This document shows positions 47,253 through 56,674 of a stretch of 64,000 bases of DNA, piece after piece. The DNA comes from a virus: positions 1 through 64,000 of IMG/VR virus record IMGVR_UViG_3300026256_000121; one strand, written 5' to 3'. Made by a program: the position numbers and the translations under genes. The notes under the pieces were generated by a model. It did no database searches, was not told the DNA's origin, and saw nothing but the letters and a program-made list of their open reading frames with translations. Within the stretch, counting starts at the first letter, position 1. Every line of letters begins with the position of its first letter.

Positions 47253-49499
47253 TCAATGGACGGTTGCTTTCACGTCCTTGGTATTAGTATTTAAGACAAA
47301 TTCTTCGTCTTTTACATCAATTGTTACAATTCCGCCTGCTTTTAATTCACCGAATAATAATAGTCTAGATAAAGGACGTTTAATGTCGTTATCAATAACA
47401 CGTTGTAAAGGTCTTGCACCCATTTTCTTATTAAACCCTTTATCTACTAATACATCAATAGCTTCGTCGGAAATAGTAATGTCAACATTTTTATCAGTTA
47501 ACATTTTCTTTAACTCTACTAAAAACTTACCAACTATTTTTATCATAGTATTTTTATCTAGTTTATCAAAAGTTATAACACCATCTAATCTATTTCTAAA
47601 TTCTGGCGGAAAAAATTTCTTAAGTTCAGTATCTTCAAATTCGCCTTCGTCATTTCCAAAGCCAATTAATGACCTTTCTGATTCTGCGGCTCCTAAGTTA
47701 GTTGTTAGAATTAAAACAATATTTCTACAATCAGCAGTTTTACCATTACTACCTGTTATAAATCCATTGTCCATTATTTGCAATAGTAACGAGCTAACAT
47801 CTGGATGTGATTTTTCAATTTCGTCTAGTAGTAAAACACAATTAGGAGTTTCCTGTAATGCAGTTATAAGCATTCCAGCATTTTCTTCAAATCCTACGTA
47901 TCCTGGAGGCGAACCAATTAGTTTAGAAACAGAGTGCTTCTCTTGATACTCTGACATGTCAAATCTAATAAGTTTTACACCAAGTTGTTTAGCAAGTTGT
48001 CTTGCAGTTTCTGTTTTACCTATGCCTGTTGGACCCATAAACACAAAAGAACCAATTGGTTTACGTTCTTCTTTAAGTCCTGCTTGTGCAACTAGTATTT
48101 TATCAACTACGTTTGTAATAGCATCATCTTGACCATAAATTTCACCTTTAAGGTTCTTTTCTAAATTAGCAAGATTACTAGTTTCTTTTTCCTTAATTTG
48201 TTCTTCAGGAAGATTAACCATTTTTGCTAATTCAAATTGAATTTCTTCTTCATTTATAACTCTATCTTCAGGATCGTTAAGGTTAAACCTAGAACAAGCA
48301 CAATCAAGTAAGTCAATAGCTTTATCAGGTAATTTTTTATCTGTTTGGTACTTAACACTTAATTTAATAGCCGCATCAACAGCCTCTTCTGTAATAGTAG
48401 TATTGTGAAATTCTTCATAGTATTTCTTAATGCCAAGTAAAATATCTTTTGCAACTTCTTTGCTAGGTTCATCGATTGTAACTCTAGCAAACCTACGCAT
48501 TAATGCTCTGTCATTTTCAAAATATTTACGGTATTCTTCCCATGTAGTAGATGCAACTACTTTAATATTGCCTTTAGTTAATATAGGTTTTAGCATATTT
48601 GCAAGATCGTTTGAACTACTACTACCTGCCGCACCTGCTCCGCTTATCATATGTGCTTCGTCGATAAACATAATAGTCTTTCCACGTTTCTTTAATGCAG
48701 ATATTACAAGTTTAAATCGTTCTTCAAAATCACCTCTATACTTACTACCAGCTAACATAGATCCTATGTCTAAGTTATAAACATTATACTCTTGTAGGAA
48801 CTTTGGACATTCTTTCTTGACAATTTTCCAAGCAAGTCCTTCTGCAATAGCAGTTTTACCTACACCAGGATCACCTACAAGTAAACAATTATTTTTAGTT
48901 CTACGTCCAAGGGCTAATGCAATAGTATCCAACTCATCACGTCTACCAACTACAGGATCAATTTTTCCTGAGTCAACTTCTTGATTTAAATTAGTAGTAA
49001 ATGAACGTAATGCCCTACTAGCCAGGCCTTGTGTTTCTTCATCTTCATATGTTGCTTCTAGTTCATTATTTAAATAATCTGAAAATTTAGTTTTGTCGAT
49101 ATTTGCTTTAGAAATATGAAAATATGCCCAAGTTTTTTGTTCATTCATCATACTAAGGAATACATCTGCTATTTCAATTAATTGACGTCCACTAAACAGT
49201 ACCTGAGTAAATGCTCTATTAAGAACACGTTCAACAGCGTGTGTTTTTTTAGGTTTGTATTTTTTACCTTGGACTTCAACAGTTTCAATTGATGTTAAAT
49301 TATTTTTTAGATAATGCTCAATATTCTTTTTAATTAGTTCATGATCAGTGCCAAATCCTTCTAAGATTTTTGAGAAACTTTCTTCACAAAGCATAGCAAA
49401 GAGTAAATGCTCTATAGTTACATACTCGTGTTTTAGCTTTTTCGAAACCTCAACAGCCTTATCAAAAACTAATTGTAATTTTTCGCTTGGTTCAACCAT
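47253..49499 (-). CDS. clpA: ClpA-type Hsp100 chaperone
   Basis: HEYVTIEHLL, GDPGVGKT, FIDEAH, LPDKAIDL, GPTGIGKT, FDMSEY, IGF ClpP-docking loop, PEFRNRLD. Confidence 0.95.
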   Translation of the reverse strand: MVEPSEKLQLVFDKAVEVSKKLKHEYVTIEHLLFAMLCEESFSKILEGFGTDHELIKKNIEHYLKNNLTSIETVEVQGKKYKPKKTHAVERVLNRAFTQVLFSGRQLIEIADVFLSMMNEQKTWAYFHISKANIDKTKFSDYLNNELEATYEDEETQGLASRALRSFTTNLNQEVDSGKIDPVVGRRDELDTIALALGRRTKNNCLLVGDPGVGKTAIAEGLAWKIVKKECPKFLQEYNVYNLDIGSMLAGSKYRGDFEERFKLVISALKKRGKTIMFIDEAHMISGAGAAGSSSSNDLANMLKPILTKGNIKVVASTTWEEYRKYFENDRALMRRFARVTIDEPSKEVAKDILLGIKKYYEEFHNTTITEEAVDAAIKLSVKYQTDKKLPDKAIDLLDCACSRFNLNDPEDRVINEEEIQFELAKMVNLPEEQIKEKETSNLANLEKNLKGEIYGQDDAITNVVDKILVAQAGLKEERKPIGSFVFMGPTGIGKTETARQLAKQLGVKLIRFDMSEYQEKHSVSKLIGSPPGYVGFEENAGMLITALQETPNCVLLLDEIEKSHPDVSSLLLQIMDNGFITGSNGKTADCRNIVLILTTNLGAAESERSLIGFGNDEGEFEDTELKKFFPPEFRNRLDGVITFDKLDKNTMIKIVGKFLVELKKMLTDKNVDITISDEAIDVLVDKGFNKKMGARPLQRVIDNDIKRPLSRLLLFGELKAGGIVTIDVKDEEFVLNTNTKDVKATVH

Positions 49500-50035
49500 T
49501 AAATGACCCTTCTTTTATGTAATTGATCGTATTTTTTTATATACTTGCTTCTTTTCTTTCTAGCCATTTCTAGTCTAAGTTTACTTACTCTATCAATAAA
49601 ATTAATTCCGTATAGGTGATCGTATTCATGCCCAAAGATTCTAGCATTCCAACCTGTTAACTCTATTGTACACTCTTTTCCTGCAATGTCAAGACAGTCT
49701 ACAACCAATCCGTATGGTCTTTTTACTTTTATATATAAAAAAGGAAAACTTAAACATCCTTCTTCGCCTATAAGTGTTTCTTGTGATACATGAGTAATTT
49801 TAGGATTAATTATAGCAAATCCTTTATTATCTTCATATCCTTTTAAGTCTGTAGGCTTTATAACAAATATTTGTGCATCAAGTTCTACTTGATTAGCCGA
49901 TAATCCAATACCTTGCTCTTTATCCATGATTTCTACCATTTCCTTTTCAATAGAAGGTGCATCATGTTCATCAAAATTAAAAGGCTTTACAGTTTTTTCT
50001 AACCAATCATTTGGTGCGTGAATTAATTTCATCAT
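49499..50035 (-). CDS. def: Peptide deformylase
   Basis: GIGLSANQV, EGCLS, HEYDHL.G. Confidence 0.95.
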   Translation of the reverse strand: MMKLIHAPNDWLEKTVKPFNFDEHDAPSIEKEMVEIMDKEQGIGLSANQVELDAQIFVIKPTDLKGYEDNKGFAIINPKITHVSQETLIGEEGCLSFPFLYIKVKRPYGLVVDCLDIAGKECTIELTGWNARIFGHEYDHLYGINFIDRVSKLRLEMARKKRSKYIKKYDQLHKRRVI

Positions 50036-50903
50036 TTATTTTTCTTATTTTTTCTCTTATTATTTCGTTATCAACTTTTGGTGTTACAGCATTAATTTTA
50101 ATAAAAAGTGCGCCGGTTTGCCCACTCCTGTGATCTGGCAATCCTTGTTCGTGTATACTAAAAGTTGTTCCTGCATTTGCTCCTGCTGGTACTGTTACAT
50201 TTAAAGTTTTACCATGAATAGTATCAATTGTTATATTAGTACCTAAGATAAGATCTAGTACACTAACATTTTTATTTACATATAAATTAATTCCATCTAC
50301 ATCATATATGGCATGTTTTCTTACACGTATTTTAACATGAAGATCCCCCGGTTGTCTACCTGGAGCATACTCATTTGCACCCATTCCGGGAAAATTTACT
50401 ATGTCACCGTTTCTAATACCTCGAGGTATATCAATATTAACTGTTTGTTCTGAACCGTTAGCTGTTCTAAATGTTGCAATTAAACTTTTACCATTTACAA
50501 TATCTTCTAACTCAAGATCTGCGGCTATTGTTATATTTTGATTTCGTTGATGTGCTCGTTGGCCAGGACCAAAGCCGTTTCCAAAAAATGGTTCACCTTG
50601 TCCAAAGAAAGAATTAAATATATCTTCTACATTTATATTTCCGTTAGGGCCTCTAGTATGAAAATGATATTCTTGCTGGCGAGGACGATGTTGATGTGGA
50701 TGTGGATCAGTACTACCAAATTGATCATACATCTGCTTTTTTTGAGGGTCTTTTAATGTATCGTATGCTTCGTTGATTTTTTTAAATTGTTCTTCTGACC
50801 CGCCACGATCGGGGTGATGAGTCATTGCTTTCTTTTTAAAAGCTTCTTTTAAATCACTTTTACTTGCGTTACGGTTAACACCTAGTATGTCGTAGAAATT
50901 CAT
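50007..50903 (-). CDS. DnaJ/CbpA-type co-chaperone lacking the Zn finger
   Basis: YDILGV..HHPDRGG..INEAY; GDLHV C-terminal domain. Confidence 0.92.
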   Translation of the reverse strand: MNFYDILGVNRNASKSDLKEAFKKKAMTHHPDRGGSEEQFKKINEAYDTLKDPQKKQMYDQFGSTDPHPHQHRPRQQEYHFHTRGPNGNINVEDIFNSFFGQGEPFFGNGFGPGQRAHQRNQNITIAADLELEDIVNGKSLIATFRTANGSEQTVNIDIPRGIRNGDIVNFPGMGANEYAPGRQPGDLHVKIRVRKHAIYDVDGINLYVNKNVSVLDLILGTNITIDTIHGKTLNVTVPAGANAGTTFSIHEQGLPDHRSGQTGALFIKINAVTPKVDNEIIREKIRKINDEINSRTK

Positions 50904-50930
50904 ACTATTACTTATCGTGTATTAAGATGA

Positions 50931-51263
50931 TTACTTAGTCTTACTGGATCCTGTATACAAACCAAACCAAGCCGCGCCGGCACCAACTACAATAGAAATT
51001 AAACCTGATTGTTCCATAGTAGGTTTTGGTAAAGCTAGATACCAATGCACACATTGATACAATAATATAATATAAGTTGTAATAAAAATACGTGGAAAGA
51101 TTCTCCACTGGTCAAATGCTTTTGCTAAATGAATCCATCGTTGATAAGGATTAGGTCCTATGTCTTTAAGTTGTGAATCAACTTCAAGTTCAACTACTAC
51201 TTTTTTACTTGTAGTTGTCTTGTCAGCTGGTACAGGTATCTTGTCTACTTTAGGATTACTCAC
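50931..51263 (-). CDS. Two-TM membrane protein, putative holin
   Basis: WRIFPR plus two hydrophobic helices; near lysis genes. Confidence 0.5.
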   Translation of the reverse strand: MSNPKVDKIPVPADKTTTSKKVVVELEVDSQLKDIGPNPYQRWIHLAKAFDQWRIFPRIFITTYIILLYQCVHWYLALPKPTMEQSGLISIVVGAGAAWFGLYTGSSKTK

Positions 51264-51667
51264 TTCTTTCCTCCATTCTTAAGTTTGTGTATCTCTTCAC
51301 GATTCTTGTGAATCGAACTTGTATTTTGATGTGGAGTCGAATCAAAAATTACTTTTTCTAATTTAAGAAACGGTATTCTATCATTAGGTACGTAACGCCA
51401 TATATAATCACCGTCCCATTCACCGCCTTTTTTAGTAATTCCAAAAACAGTTTCTGTCATTCCAATTTTAACAATAAGAGCTCTCTCACCGTCAAGTACA
51501 ACTTTATCACCTTCTCTAAATTGAGGGTTATATTTAAATGCTATACCTTTAGCAAGTTTAGTTGCTACATCTTTAAACCATATTGCTATCATGATAGAGA
51601 TTAAAACGCCTATCCACGGCATCAATACATCTGTCAGCTGTATGGACAGGTCACTTAATTCGTTCAT
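51260..51667 (-). CDS. MscS-like membrane protein fragment
   Basis: TM..KD..GI.F..FREGDKVVLDG..IVKIG..T..VPN. Confidence 0.6.
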   Translation of the reverse strand: MNELSDLSIQLTDVLMPWIGVLISIMIAIWFKDVATKLAKGIAFKYNPQFREGDKVVLDGERALIVKIGMTETVFGITKKGGEWDGDYIWRYVPNDRIPFLKLEKVIFDSTPHQNTSSIHKNREEIHKLKNGGKK

Positions 51668-51916
51668 CTATTTTCTCTTTTCAAGTTTGCTAAGACGGCC
51701 TTCTAAATCCTTTAGCTTTTCTTGTAGTTTTGGAAACTTTACCATCTGTTTTTCTTCGTCTGTGATTAATTTAATATCATAGCGTTTAGCGGCCCAAGTA
51801 TATAATTTATCTACTTTATTGTAGAACCAAACTCCTACTTTAGTGTCACGGAACCAACTTTCGGTTGCCGCACCAATAATACTACCAGCTATTGCTTTTA
51901 TTAAAAAGAACCACAT
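51668..51916 (-). CDS. Hypothetical protein
   Basis: AAGGAG SD; late motif at 51942-51949. Confidence 0.6.
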   Translation of the reverse strand: MWFFLIKAIAGSIIGAATESWFRDTKVGVWFYNKVDKLYTWAAKRYDIKLITDEEKQMVKFPKLQEKLKDLEGRLSKLEKRK

Positions 51917-51989
51917 ATAATCTCCTTGTTATATACTACTATATTTATCAGGAGATATGGATTTAAAACGGAGTGTCTATTTAGGTGGG

Positions 51990-52358
51990 TTATTCTTTAG
52001 GTAATTGTTCGTCTTTTTCGTAGTAATCTTGATATTTTTTAATAATTTCGCGTTGTTTAATAATATATGCTCTAATTTGTGCGAAGTTTTTTGTAAGTGA
52101 TTCATACCCTTCATCAGTTAGACCGAAAACGACAGGATCATCTCCGCCTTTTTTAATCTTATCTAATACTTCCTCAGCATTATCAGAATTAACAATATAC
52201 CATTTTAGTTCTTCTACTTTAAGTGGTTCTGGAAGAGTTAACGCTAACGGTTCACGTTTAACTTCAGTTTTAAAAATATCTAATTTTTGTACACTACTAC
52301 AGCCGTTTAAAAATACAGCTACTAAAATAACGAGTAAAAAGTTTTTAATGTTTAACAT
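51990..52358 (-). CDS. Putative o-spanin lipoprotein
   Basis: Signal peptide with lipobox LNGC; downstream of the i-spanin candidate. Confidence 0.7.
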   Translation of the reverse strand: MLNIKNFLLVILVAVFLNGCSSVQKLDIFKTEVKREPLALTLPEPLKVEELKWYIVNSDNAEEVLDKIKKGGDDPVVFGLTDEGYESLTKNFAQIRAYIIKQREIIKKYQDYYEKDEQLPKE

Positions 52359-52367
52359 AATTTTTTC

Positions 52368-52862
52368 CTATTGATATGGCACATAATTTGGATTCGCTAT
52401 AGATGGACAATCCGGATTAATTTGTGACTTTTTAGTTGCCGCAATTTCCTTCTCTGTTAGCGGAGATCCAGTAGCAATTTCAATGCATCTGTTAGCATTA
52501 GTATTAAGTTTGTTTATAGTTTTATCTACTAATTTAGGCTTTTGTTCTGCAAGGTTACCAAGATCACGTTTTTTACCTGATGCATTTAATTTATTAAATC
52601 TATCATTTAATGCTAATTTTTCTTTAGTAAGTTGTTGATTAGTGTGTTCTAGTTCTGCCTTAATTTTATTAATAGCTTCCCAATCAGCTTTCATTTGGGC
52701 AATTACGGCTTTTTGTGAATCAACACTTTCTATTAGTTTTGAATTATTTGCTTCACTTACTTCTAAGTCAGCTTTAAGTGTTTTTACATACATAAATCCA
52801 CCTCCAGCACCAGCTAAAAGCATTAATACTAATACTACTTTAATACCGCTAATTATTCCCAT
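52368..52862 (-). CDS. Putative i-spanin (Rz-like)
   Basis: N-terminal TM, coiled coil, two C-terminal Cys. Confidence 0.7.
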   Translation of the reverse strand: MGIISGIKVVLVLMLLAGAGGGFMYVKTLKADLEVSEANNSKLIESVDSQKAVIAQMKADWEAINKIKAELEHTNQQLTKEKLALNDRFNKLNASGKKRDLGNLAEQKPKLVDKTINKLNTNANRCIEIATGSPLTEKEIAATKKSQINPDCPSIANPNYVPYQ

Positions 52863-53091
52863 TTACCTTCTCCACAAGATCATAAAGATCCTGGACTGTA
52901 TTAACATCGCCTACAATATTTTCATCTATCTTAATTGAAAGTTTTTCTTCAATAGCTGTAATAAGTTCAATATAGTCAAAGTCATCACCGTCTAAATCAT
53001 CAATGATATGACTAGTAGCTTCTATGTTTTTATCAGCCCCATATTGTGCATGAAGTACTTCTAAAATTGCTTTTTGGTTATCTATGTTCAC
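52849..53091 (-). CDS. Acyl-carrier-protein homologue lacking the attachment Ser (GTG start)
   Basis: DDLDGDDFDYIEL..IEEK..I..TVQDL matches ACP, but DSL is replaced by DDF. Confidence 0.75.
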   Translation of the reverse strand: MNIDNQKAILEVLHAQYGADKNIEATSHIIDDLDGDDFDYIELITAIEEKLSIKIDENIVGDVNTVQDLYDLVEKVNGNN

Positions 53092-53252
53092 TGGCTTCTC
53101 CGATTGTTGTTTGTAATAAGACTGCATTTTGTACAAATACATGTTTTACAAATTTCTATTTCTACAGGAAGATTATCTCCGTCCTGCATTGTTTTTCTTA
53201 ATGGCGTCCCGCAATGGCTATCATGTCCACAATTTTTACAACCTACTGTCAT
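53088..53252 (-). CDS. 54-aa Cys-rich protein (not in track)
   Basis: MTVGCKNCGHDSHCG..EICKTCICTKC; coupled to the endolysin stop (ATGA) and ACP start (GTGA). Confidence 0.65.
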   Translation of the reverse strand: MTVGCKNCGHDSHCGTPLRKTMQDGDNLPVEIEICKTCICTKCSLITNNNRRSQ

Positions 53253-53758
53253 ATTAGTTTATTAGCAGATTGTGTTGTTTCAGTAACCCTACGAGTCCAT
53301 CCTCTCCCAAATGTTGCAAATGTTGTTAGTTTTTCATAGTATCCTTGTCTTGCTTCTTGATAGTTATGAATTGTTTTTTCTAATCCAACTTCTTCAACAT
53401 AATTCGCTACAGCTTTTAACGTATTTGGCCCAATGCCTCCGTCAGCAGTTGTACCTATCATTGTTTGTAAATACTTTGCCGCTCTACCAGGCCCAGCATT
53501 AACGCCAAAGTCAAATACACATAAATCTAAGCCATTTGGTAAATCATCACATTTAAGTCTACCCCAATAATTCTTTTCATATATTGGTGCAACATCTTCA
53601 ACTGTTAGGTCTTTCATATCCTTTGTACCACCCCATTCTTCGTATACTCTTTTCGTTACACCAAGATTAGTTTCGCCACCGGGGTCTTTAGGATGATTCA
53701 CATATCCGCCTTCATGATGTAAAATCACCTCTAGTGCATGTTTATAATTTGTTTGCAT
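53249..53758 (-). CDS. Endolysin, GH108 family with peptidoglycan-binding domain
   Basis: HEGGYVNHPKDPGGETNLGVT, FD.GVNAG, DG.IGP.T, F.RGW..R. Confidence 0.93.
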   Translation of the reverse strand: MQTNYKHALEVILHHEGGYVNHPKDPGGETNLGVTKRVYEEWGGTKDMKDLTVEDVAPIYEKNYWGRLKCDDLPNGLDLCVFDFGVNAGPGRAAKYLQTMIGTTADGGIGPNTLKAVANYVEEVGLEKTIHNYQEARQGYYEKLTTFATFGRGWTRRVTETTQSANKLI

Positions 53759-53770
53759 GTTTAATCCTTG

Positions 53771-54481
53771 TTACTTTGTTAATACTAATGTATATCCTGT
53801 ATTCTCAATGAGGTATTTCTCACCGTATTTGGCAATATCATAATCGCCCAAATATTTAGTAAGGAATATAATTTCTGCAAAAGAATTGGCATCAAAAGAC
53901 TCTGTCATATTAGTCTGGATGTCTTTAGATTTACCAAATTCTTTAATTTTAAATTTTAATGGTTCAGCATATGATTTTCTAAATTTAATATTGTCTTGTA
54001 ATACTTCAACTGAATCCACATAACTGCGGTTAAAGAAATTTTTATAGTTATTTAAACTGTTCTCGTTTACATTAATTTCATATGCCATTGTATCTAAAGG
54101 AATAATTTCTGATAATGTTTCTGTGTCAGCATCTTGACTATCAAAACTCTTATAATATCTAAATCTAAGTTTATCAATATCAGCTAATTTTTTTACACCA
54201 TCAATTATTTCCATAATTTGTTCTGGAACATCTTTATTACGTTCAATCTCAACAAATACTTTATATGTACCGTCTGGTTGTTCTCCTGATGTTACATCAG
54301 AATCTAATACAAAATTATAACCTTTTTCTAAAAAGTTCATTAAGTCTATTGCTGGTTCTTGCGACTTGACTGAAAAACTTAAAGTTACAATATCTTTATC
54401 TTCACCCATTTTTGATTTAAATGAATCAATTTCAAAAATATCATAAACTAAATTTTTTAAATCGTGTGCTTGTAAACCCAT
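53771..54481 (-). CDS. Hypothetical protein
   Basis: 236 aa; IDSFKSKMG, FVEIER. Confidence 0.65.
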   Translation of the reverse strand: MGLQAHDLKNLVYDIFEIDSFKSKMGEDKDIVTLSFSVKSQEPAIDLMNFLEKGYNFVLDSDVTSGEQPDGTYKVFVEIERNKDVPEQIMEIIDGVKKLADIDKLRFRYYKSFDSQDADTETLSEIIPLDTMAYEINVNENSLNNYKNFFNRSYVDSVEVLQDNIKFRKSYAEPLKFKIKEFGKSKDIQTNMTESFDANSFAEIIFLTKYLGDYDIAKYGEKYLIENTGYTLVLTK

Positions 54482-55044
54482 TATACTTCACCCTCGACTG
54501 GTGCTGGTGCCGCCGCACCGGTTTCTTCTGCACCTGTTGGCGCCGCCGCTACTTCTTCACCCGGTTGTACTTCGCCATCAACGGCTGTCCCGGCATCCAC
54601 AGCTGGATCTGTAACAAAGTCTAATGCTTCTTTATAACCGCTATAGATGTTTATAATTAATTCTTTTGGCATTTGAATTTTAACTACCCAAACAGGATGT
54701 CTATCCAATTTACCTTTTTTAGTACCAGGACGTATATCACCTGGTTCTTGAATTTTACGAGGTTTAAGTATGCTAGTTTTTTCATAACTTACTTTACAGT
54801 CATAATCCATAAGTCTTTTACCACCCATTGGATCAGGCATTTTGTCTTTATCCCACATAAATTCGCAAACTACCCAATGTTTTTCAATATTAGGTCCTGA
54901 AGCTAATTCGCCATCTTCCCAGTTATCGTAAACATAGATATCTAATTCGTCAAGTACTCGTTCAAAGTCTTTAAGAACGCTAAAAGCGGTATCGCTTTCA
55001 TATATACTTTCTAGGTTTTTTACAATGTCCATCACGTCATGCAT
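54481..55044 (-). CDS. Hypothetical protein (start revised)
   Basis: AGGAG SD; late motif at 55065-55072; DFERVLDE..MPDP.GG. Confidence 0.65.
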   Translation of the reverse strand: MHDVMDIVKNLESIYESDTAFSVLKDFERVLDELDIYVYDNWEDGELASGPNIEKHWVVCEFMWDKDKMPDPMGGKRLMDYDCKVSYEKTSILKPRKIQEPGDIRPGTKKGKLDRHPVWVVKIQMPKELIINIYSGYKEALDFVTDPAVDAGTAVDGEVQPGEEVAAAPTGAEETGAAAPAPVEGEV

Positions 55045-55203
55045 ATTAGAAGCTCCTGTACACTTATTTAGCTGAGTTGTGTCCATATAGTAGCAGTTTT
55101 GTTTCTCGATTCATGTGCTAAATATTTTAGTAAAGGTACAACTGAGTTGTGTCTAAGCTCAGAAGTGTGCTTTATGCGAATTCCACTCATAAAGGAGGAC
55201 TGC

Positions 55204-55914
55204 ATGAGTAATAAACGTCAAAAACGGCACTATCAAAGTGCTAGTAATATTATTAACTTTCAACCACAGAATAACAACATTAAAATACTACCTAGAAATA
55301 AAAATCAAGAATCATACATGCTAAAACTAATGGATCCTAAGAAAGACATAGTCTTCGGAATAGGCCCTGCAGGAACCGGAAAAACGCTTCTAGCTGTTCA
55401 GGTGGCTGTAAAATTATTTCAAGAAGGTGTTGTAGATAAGATTGTGGTTACTAGACCAGCAGTAAGTGTTGATGAAGATTTAGGCTTTTTACCAGGAACA
55501 TTAGAACAAAAAATGGCTCCTTGGACTATGCCTATATTTGATGTATTTCGAGAAAGTTATAATACAAGCCAAATTTCAGGCATGATTAACGAAAGTATAA
55601 TTGAAATTGCACCATTGGCGTATATGAGAGGCCGAACGTTTAAAAAGGCTTTTATAATTGCAGATGAGATGCAAAATGCTACAGTTAGTCAAATGAAAAT
55701 GCTATTAACACGTTTAGGATTAAAATCACAAATGGCTGTTACAGGCGATCTACACCAAGCAGATAGATTAGCAAGTAATGGGTTATTAGATTTTATCAAA
55801 CAGCTTGAAGGCTATAGACAAACTACACATCTTGATGTTGTAAGATTTCATCAAGGTGATATTGAACGCCACAATGCTGTGCGTGAAGTATTACAAGTTT
55901 ATGGAGATGAATAA
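55204..55914 (+). CDS. phoH: PhoH-like ATPase (start revised)
   Basis: GPAGTGKT, TRPAV, LGFLPG, YMRGRT, DEMQN, TGD..Q.D; AAGGAGG SD. Confidence 0.95.
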   Translation: MSNKRQKRHYQSASNIINFQPQNNNIKILPRNKNQESYMLKLMDPKKDIVFGIGPAGTGKTLLAVQVAVKLFQEGVVDKIVVTRPAVSVDEDLGFLPGTLEQKMAPWTMPIFDVFRESYNTSQISGMINESIIEIAPLAYMRGRTFKKAFIIADEMQNATVSQMKMLLTRLGLKSQMAVTGDLHQADRLASNGLLDFIKQLEGYRQTTHLDVVRFHQGDIERHNAVREVLQVYGDE

Positions 55915-55924
55915 AAAGACTTAA

Positions 55925-56674
55925 TTAATCAGTATCGCCTGGCAAATCTAAATCGTGTGCTTCTACGACATAGTTTTTCTTTTCGTGTTGCCAACGTTTC
56001 CAACCGGAAAATATAAGATTTCTTAGGCCTATAATAGAATTATGTCTATCGACTGTAGCAGGACGCATATCACCAGTCCGAGCAACAATTTTTTCTCGTT
56101 TAATAGGAATTACTTGTACTAACGGGTCACCTAGTTTAATACTAGTATGTTTAATTTCTTTTAACATAATATTAACTGGACTCATTAGAGCACCTAAGTC
56201 ATGATCTATGATACCAGGGACGGCATCATAGTTTCTATCTTCAAAGTACCACATAGGTTGATAAATTAAACTCCAACCATCAGGTGCATACATTTTCCAA
56301 GGGTTATCTAATTTAATTGGTGACCGTACTTTATATTGTGGTATAAAATTAGGGTTAAGTTGGTCTGGTGGATGAAACGCATGATTATATGTGGGATCAG
56401 AATAACGTACATCAGTAGCCATTCCGTCCTCTGTAGGATGAATTTCTATATCACACCAAGCAGGAATTACATAGCCTAATGCCATAAAATCTCCTACGCC
56501 AGGACAGGCTTTTACAGTTTTCTCACTATCAAGTGGAAATGGACATTTTTTTGTATAGACTTCTGTTTGTGTCCATGATTTAGGAATAAATTCTTTAGCT
56601 GGGCGTATAGGAGCATGTTTGCGTACAGCCCATCGTTCAGTTTCAAAGTATATATGTGTTTTTACTTTTTTCAT
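55925..56674 (-). CDS. Hypothetical protein, possible dUTPase-like fold (start revised)
   Basis: TVKACPG..GY.IP, NPW, PGIID.D, G.PLVQVIP. Confidence 0.5.
   Translation of the reverse strand: MKKVKTHIYFETERWAVRKHAPIRPAKEFIPKSWTQTEVYTKKCPFPLDSEKTVKACPGVGDFMALGYVIPAWCDIEIHPTEDGMATDVRYSDPTYNHAFHPPDQLNPNFIPQYKVRSPIKLDNPWKMYAPDGWSLIYQPMWYFEDRNYDAVPGIIDHDLGALMSPVNIMLKEIKHTSIKLGDPLVQVIPIKREKIVARTGDMRPATVDRHNSIIGLRNLIFSGWKRWQHEKKNYVVEAHDLDLPGDTD

Noticed and set aside
47227-48780. Long plus-strand ORFs opposite clpA (likewise 34269..34841 opposite polB and 42249..42590)
   Set aside because: Antisense to well-conserved genes and lacking motifs; explained by codon bias
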